A stretch of 57,941 nt of DNA from Candidatus Dormibacteraceae bacterium (GTDB taxonomy: Bacteria > Chloroflexota > Dormibacteria > Dormibacterales > Dormibacteraceae), in NCBI GenBank assembly GCA_041482895.1, contig JBGPEO010000001.1, forward strand, positions 1 to 57,941. Direction: 5' to 3'. The notes beneath the pieces were generated by a model. The model was not told the DNA's origin and did no database searches. It worked only from the letters and a program-made list of their open reading frames with translations. Position numbers and translations under genes: made by a program. How positions within the stretch are numbered: the stretch's first letter is position 1; every line of letters starts with the position of its first letter. Positions 53,570 to 57,941 of the stretch are shown here, in pieces.

Positions 53570-55135
53570 CTATGCGGGTTCTTCGGGCGAAGGCGTGATG
53601 CGCAGGCGGCGCTGCGGCTCCTTGCCCATGCTGCGGGCGGAGAGCTCGTTCTCGGTGACGAGCTGGTGCTGCAGCCGTCGCAGATAAGCGTTCTGGGGCG
53701 AGATCTCGACCGGGCGGAGCGTTGACTTCACGGCTTTGATTGCCGCCGCGGCCTCAGCCAGCGCTCGCGTCGTGGCCTCATCGCGTCGGTCGACGCCGTA
53801 GATGCGAGTGAGCGCATCGCGCACCTGTGTCACCGAGTTGCTCTTCAGGATGTGGATCGGCAGCCCGCGGCTCTCGGCCTGCCGCAGGCTGTCGGGCCTC
53901 CGGCGGTAATGATTCTTCAGGGTCAACACAGCACCGGCGCCGTCGAGGTTTCCGAGCACCCGGACGGGCAGATCCAGCTCCTTGATCGATTGCTCCACGT
54001 GGTGGCGGCTCACGCCGTACGGAAAGATGCCGAGCGGCTTGGTTGGGCTTGGCGGAGCCGGCGGCGGGTCAGGCGTCACGACGACCGGTGAGTCGACATT
54101 CGAGATGACCCGCCCCTCTCGCGTCCGCATGCGGATCTTGGGCGTGAGCAGCGGTCCGCGCAGAGCGGTGTCGACGATGTCCGCGAGCGGCATGTGAATC
54201 GCGACTCGGTCGCGGTCCTGGATCTCGACGAGCACGTCGAACGTCGGCGGGGCCTTGCGCTCGAGAACCGATTTCTGCGTCCCTCTCCGGCGAGCTTCCT
54301 CGTCGGACAGCGTCACGCTCTGGATGCCACCGAGGAGGTCGTTGAGCGTCGGGTTGACCAGGAGGTTCTCCAGCGTCTGACCGTGCGCGGTGGCGATGAG
54401 CTGAACTCCGCGCTCGGCAATCGTGCGCGCCGCCGACGCCTCGAGCTCAGTGCCGATCTCGTCGATGACGATGACCTCGGGCATGTGGTTCTCGACCGCC
54501 TCGATCATCACCGCGTGCTGCAGCATCGGAGTCTTCACCTGCATGCGACGCGCCCGTCCGATGCCGGGATGCGGGATGTCGCCGTCGCCGCCGATCTCGT
54601 TTGAGGTGTCGACGATCACCACGCGCTTGCGCAGCTCGTCGGCGAGCAGCCTCGCGCACTCGCGGAGCATCGTGGTCTTGCCGATGCCCGGACGCCCGAG
54701 CAGAAGGATGCTCTGGCCGCTGACGACGATGTCGCGGATGATCTCGCCCGTGCCGGTGACCGCGCGGCCCACGCGCATCGTCAAGCCTGTGATTCGACCC
54801 GATCTGTTGCGAATGGCCGAGACCCGATGCAGCGTGCGCTCGATGCCGGCGCGGTTGTCGTCACCGAATTGCCCGACGTTGTTGGCCACGTGCTCGAGGT
54901 CGGATGCCGACACCGGGTGATTGGCGAGCAGTACCTCGCGCCCCGGCACGCGGGCCTCCGGCTCGCGGCCGAGATCCAGCACGATTTCGAGCAATTCGCG
55001 GGGGTCGGTCCGTTCGTGCAGGGCCTGTGCAAGGTCGGGCGGCAGGGCACGAGCGAGGAGCTCGATCTCCTCGTCCCACTTCGGATCTTCGGTTCGTGAG
55101 GCGACCTGGCGAGCGATTCGAGCTTCTGAGCTCAT
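53570..55135 (-). CDS. SpoIIIAA/Ycf45-like AAA ATPase with C-terminal R3H-type nucleic-acid-binding region
   Basis: ILLLGRPGIGKTTMLRE (Walker A) and VIVIDEIGT (Walker B). The IGGDGDIPHPGIGRARRMQV block is typical of the SpoIIIAA/Ycf45 family. The C-terminal 150 aa or so contains LPIHILKSNSVTQVRDAL. Confidence 0.7.
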   Translation of the reverse strand: MSSEARIARQVASRTEDPKWDEEIELLARALPPDLAQALHERTDPRELLEIVLDLGREPEARVPGREVLLANHPVSASDLEHVANNVGQFGDDNRAGIERTLHRVSAIRNRSGRITGLTMRVGRAVTGTGEIIRDIVVSGQSILLLGRPGIGKTTMLRECARLLADELRKRVVIVDTSNEIGGDGDIPHPGIGRARRMQVKTPMLQHAVMIEAVENHMPEVIVIDEIGTELEASAARTIAERGVQLIATAHGQTLENLLVNPTLNDLLGGIQSVTLSDEEARRRGTQKSVLERKAPPTFDVLVEIQDRDRVAIHMPLADIVDTALRGPLLTPKIRMRTREGRVISNVDSPVVVTPDPPPAPPSPTKPLGIFPYGVSRHHVEQSIKELDLPVRVLGNLDGAGAVLTLKNHYRRRPDSLRQAESRGLPIHILKSNSVTQVRDALTRIYGVDRRDEATTRALAEAAAAIKAVKSTLRPVEISPQNAYLRRLQHQLVTENELSARSMGKEPQRRLRITPSPEEPA

Positions 55136-56103
55136 CCGAACGAAGGCACCAGTCCTTTCTCGCGCACCGGTACGCGGACCGCAAGCTCTTTGACCAACAA
55201 CAGCTGAGTCAAAAGTACGCTGAATCCACGCCCGCGGAGGGCGTCGATCATGTGGGAATCGTAGTGGCGCAGGCTGGACCAGGTCGGCGTGTCAGAGTCC
55301 CCCAACAGCGAGAGGCCGAAGTCCGCGAGCTCCCCCGGAAGCGGGCCCTCGGGCAGCGCCATGAAGCTCAACGTGTTCGGTCGCGCACCTGAGCTCCGCT
55401 CTGCCTTGACCCATCCGACCAGCTCGATGCGATCGACAACGTACTCCTGCTTGTCCGAGCCACGCGCAGCCAGCCTTCCTGTCCATTCGCCGCCGTGCAG
55501 CGCCCTCCACTCGCGATAGGTCGGGGCTTCGAGCTGCGAGACACCCTGGGGCGTGATCTTGCGATACAGCTGATAAAGCATGCGATTGTCAGCGCGTTTG
55601 ACCGGGCGACCACCGTCTGGAAAATTCTCCGAGCGCAGGACGGGATGGTCTGCGTAGACGACGACCTCGGTCGCGTATTGACGGAAGCCGCGCAGTCGAA
55701 AAGCCGGCAGCAGCGGGTCGCGCTCGGGCAGCCGGACGAACAGCCGGAGCGCACCGCGTTCGAGCGCCTGGTTGGAGAGATGCTCCACGAGCGCCGTCGC
55801 AACTTCCTCGGAATCCGACTCGTCAGCCACCTGCAGGTTCAAGACCTGCAGCACGGTGGCGCGTCGCAGGTCGAGGCCGAGCGGCCGGCCGGAGGCCTGG
55901 ATGTAGCCGACCACCTTGCCGTTCTCCTCCGCGACGTAGATCAACGTCTCCTGCGAGAGAGGCAGCAGAGCGGAAAGCGTCGAGCTGAGGAGCGACCACA
56001 GCCTTGCCGCCGGCGGCACGGCCTCGCTCAGGCGGACGTCCGACGAGCGGTGCATCTCCTCAATGCGCGCAAGGTCCAGCAGGCCCGCCGTCCGAATTTT
56101 CAT
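55132..56103 (-). CDS. GNAT-family N-acetyltransferase (N-terminal GNAT plus C-terminal uncharacterised domain)
   Basis: ATG at 56103 overlaps the pdxT stop (ATGA). The GNAT-like core is VAEENGKVVGYIQAS...QVLNLQVADESDSEEVATALVEHLSNQALERGALRLFVRL. Its stop overlaps the ATPase ATG (ATGA). Confidence 0.65.
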   Translation of the reverse strand: MKIRTAGLLDLARIEEMHRSSDVRLSEAVPPAARLWSLLSSTLSALLPLSQETLIYVAEENGKVVGYIQASGRPLGLDLRRATVLQVLNLQVADESDSEEVATALVEHLSNQALERGALRLFVRLPERDPLLPAFRLRGFRQYATEVVVYADHPVLRSENFPDGGRPVKRADNRMLYQLYRKITPQGVSQLEAPTYREWRALHGGEWTGRLAARGSDKQEYVVDRIELVGWVKAERSSGARPNTLSFMALPEGPLPGELADFGLSLLGDSDTPTWSSLRHYDSHMIDALRGRGFSVLLTQLLLVKELAVRVPVREKGLVPSFG

Positions 56104-56720
56104 GATGCGGCCAGCTTCACGAACTCGCGATGCAGGCGCAGGTCGTCGGTCAGCTCCGGATGGAAGCACAGAGCGACGATGCGTCCCTGGCGGACCGCAA
56201 CGGCGTGACCGTCATGCCGGGCGATCACCTCGGCGGATCCTGTCGATTCGACAAGCGGCGACCTGATGAAGACGCCCGGAAATGGCTTGCCTTTCAAACC
56301 GGTGACGTCCAGGTCGGCTTCGAAGCTGTCGACCTGCCGGCCGTAGCCGTTGCGCCGGACGCTGATGTCGAGCAGTCCGAGGCCTCTCTGATCGGCCATC
56401 CCGTCCACCACGTCTCGCGCGAGCACGATCATGCCGGCGCACGTGGCAAAGGTGGCGAGGCCATGACCGATCGCTTCGCGCAGCGGTTCCAGCAAACCAG
56501 TGCGCTCCATCAACATCGTCATCGTCGTGCTCTCCCCTCCTGGGAGCACGATGCCGTCGAGCCCTTCGAGGTCTTCACGCGTCCGGACCAGTCGCGTGCG
56601 CGCGCCGGACTTCTCCAGGGCTCGCACGTGCTCCGCAAACGCACCCTGCATCGCGAGGACCCCGATGAGGGGGGTTCTGGTCTTCTTGGAAGCTGACGCC
56701 GACCTACCAGCCTCGGGCAG
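56100..56720 (-). CDS. pdxT: Pyridoxal 5'-phosphate synthase glutaminase subunit
   Basis: [32 protein letters not shown] (catalytic Cys) and FHPELT. The conserved IGVL strand lies upstream of the first internal ATG. CTG at 56720 sits 9 nt after AAGGAAG. The only canonical upstream start (56849) is 145 nt inside pdxS. Confidence 0.85.
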   Translation of the reverse strand: MPEAGRSASASKKTRTPLIGVLAMQGAFAEHVRALEKSGARTRLVRTREDLEGLDGIVLPGGESTTMTMLMERTGLLEPLREAIGHGLATFATCAGMIVLARDVVDGMADQRGLGLLDISVRRNGYGRQVDSFEADLDVTGLKGKPFPGVFIRSPLVESTGSAEVIARHDGHAVAVRQGRIVALCFHPELTDDLRLHREFVKLAAS

Positions 56721-57621
56721 CGAGCAGCTCTTCCTTGGGGATGGCGGGGATCTCGAGACCGTCCATCGCCTTCCCCAGTCCCGCGGACACCTCGGCCAGG
56801 CGTTCCGGCTTGTCGTAGTAGGTGGTGGCCGCGACGATTGCCTTGGCACGCTTCAAGGGGTCCTCGGACTTGAAGATGCCTGAACCGACGAAGACTCCGT
56901 CCACTCCCAGCTGCATCATCAACGCCGCGTCCGCGGGCGTCGCGATGCCACCGGCAGCGAAGTTGACGACAGGCAGGCGGCCGAGGCGCTGGCACTCGGC
57001 AAGCACGTCCACCGGAGCGCCGATGAGCTTGGCCTCGTGAACCAGCTCCGCGTGGTTGAGTCCATGCAGCTTGCGGATGCCGGCGTTGACCGCGCGCGCG
57101 TGGCGAACCGCCTCGACGACGTTCCCCGTTCCAGCCTCACCCTTGGTGCGGATCATTGCCGCGCCTTCGGCGATCCGCCGGGTCGCCTCGCCAAGGTCCC
57201 TGCAGCCGCACACGAAGGGCACCTTGAACGGGTGCTTGTCGATGTGGTTCTCCTCGTCCGCGGGCGTCAGCACTTCCGACTCGTCGATGTAGTCGACGCC
57301 CAGCGCCTGCAGGATCTGTGCCTCGACAAAGTGCCCGATGCGGCACTTCGCCATGACCGGGATGGTCACCGCCTCCATGATCGAGCGGATCAGGTCGGGG
57401 TCGGACATGCGTGCCACGCCGCCTTCTTTCCGGATGTCGGCCGGAACTCGCTCGAGGGCCATCACGGCGCACGCGCCGGCCTCCTGGGCGAGGCGGGCGT
57501 GCTCGGGCGTGACGACGTCCATGATCACTCCGCCCTTCAGCATCTGGGCCAGGCCGGCCTTGACCTTGAAGGAACCTTTCACGGCGCCGTTTCCATTACG
57601 CGAACCATTGCGTTCGGCCAC
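56704..57621 (-). CDS. pdxS: Pyridoxal 5'-phosphate synthase lyase subunit
   Basis: [47 protein letters not shown] and [18 protein letters not shown] are near-universal PdxS motifs. Confidence 0.95.
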   Translation of the reverse strand: MAERNGSRNGNGAVKGSFKVKAGLAQMLKGGVIMDVVTPEHARLAQEAGACAVMALERVPADIRKEGGVARMSDPDLIRSIMEAVTIPVMAKCRIGHFVEAQILQALGVDYIDESEVLTPADEENHIDKHPFKVPFVCGCRDLGEATRRIAEGAAMIRTKGEAGTGNVVEAVRHARAVNAGIRKLHGLNHAELVHEAKLIGAPVDVLAECQRLGRLPVVNFAAGGIATPADAALMMQLGVDGVFVGSGIFKSEDPLKRAKAIVAATTYYDKPERLAEVSAGLGKAMDGLEIPAIPKEELLAARGW

Positions 57622-57660
57622 GATCGGAATTCTACGCCGGGGCTTTCTTTCTCTAGGTAA

Positions 57661-57865
57661 GTTGCTGAGTGGAGCCTTAGGCCGGATTTACTCCGGCCGT
57701 CACCGATGCCCGCACGTTCCAGACGCCTCCAAGCGTCGCCGAGGCGTTCAGTAAGTCCCATCCTGATCGCGCTTGCGCGCAGAGGAGGGGGTCCCGCGGG
57801 GGAGCAATCAGTACGTCCCACCCTCATCGCCGCTTGGGCGCGACAGCTGTCCTCACCCGCGCTCT
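57661..57865 (-). repeat. Copy of the GGCCGGAGTAAATCCGGCC repeat family (longest variant, with internal sub-duplication)
   Basis: The plus strand reads GCTGAGTGGAGCCTTAGGCCGGATTTACTCCGGCCGTCACC...GAGGAGGGGGTCCCGCGGGGGAGCAATCAG...GCGCGACAGCTGTCCTCACCCGCG. The sub-unit CGCGC(C/G)CAAGCG(G/C)CGAT..GGGAC(G/T)TACTGA occurs twice. It lies upstream of pdxS. Confidence 0.8.
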
Positions 57866-57887
57866 TCTACTCCGGGGGTTGGGAACC

Positions 57888-57941
57888 CTAGAGTCGTTCC
57901 AGAACCAGCGTTCGTTTCGAGGCGTACTCGCCGTCGGTCAG
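57888..57941 (-). CDS. 3' end of an unidentified gene (partial)
   Basis: The minus-strand frame is open from the window edge to TAG at 57890..57888 (...LTDGEYASKRTLVLERL*). It is too short to assign. Confidence 0.25.
   Translation of the reverse strand: MTDGEYASKRTLVLERL

Overview
High-GC chromosomal segment, Actinomycetota-like by gene content (F420 biosynthesis, phosphatidylinositol-mannoside genes, a PIG-L/MshB-like deacetylase), though the phylum cannot be fixed from sequence alone. It is densely packed with housekeeping and signalling genes, and many have overlapping stop/start codons (ATGA, GTGA, TTGA, CTGA). I found no transposase, integrase, phage, CRISPR, tRNA or rRNA genes.

Main blocks:
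- Amidase, MBL-fold hydrolase and a GT87-like membrane protein.
- LysR regulator divergent from an acyl-CoA carboxylase beta subunit, then a GH15 glycosidase.
- Zn-ADH and SDR.
- Two paralogous CHASE2 adenylate cyclases, one translationally coupled to a CobB-type sirtuin, plus a Ser/Thr kinase, a GAF-GGDEF protein and a Nudix hydrolase.
- A SplB-like radical SAM gene with a LexA box, followed by nth.
- The F420 operon fgd-cofC-cofE-cofD, then birA.
- A roughly 10 kb minus-strand super-operon: ArsR, ino1, two acyltransferases, pimA, pgsA, holB, hisC, HD hydrolase, 2-hydroxyacid dehydrogenase, HAD phosphatase, PIG-L deacetylase.
- folE, a PHP/PolX-like protein, an LLM oxidoreductase, two acyl-CoA dehydrogenases flanking MarR-MFS, a decayed SMR gene and a fused ABC transporter.
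- pdxS-pdxT-GNAT-AAA/R3H ATPase-tmk.

The most unusual signals are non-coding:
1. A roughly 240-260 nt structured leader occurs twice, directly abutting the start codons of the amidase and folE. Its closing helix sequesters the Shine-Dalgarno sequence.
2. A hairpin-rich dispersed repeat family with core GGCCGGAGTAAATCCGGCC has five copies. Two form a 148-bp tandem, and one sits inside the PIM operon.
3. Four conserved enzymes have essential N-terminal motifs upstream of the first ATG/GTG/TTG, which implies CTG (or ATA) initiation.

The many long ORFs in the track that lie antisense to, or out of frame with, the called genes are treated as high-GC shadow ORFs.
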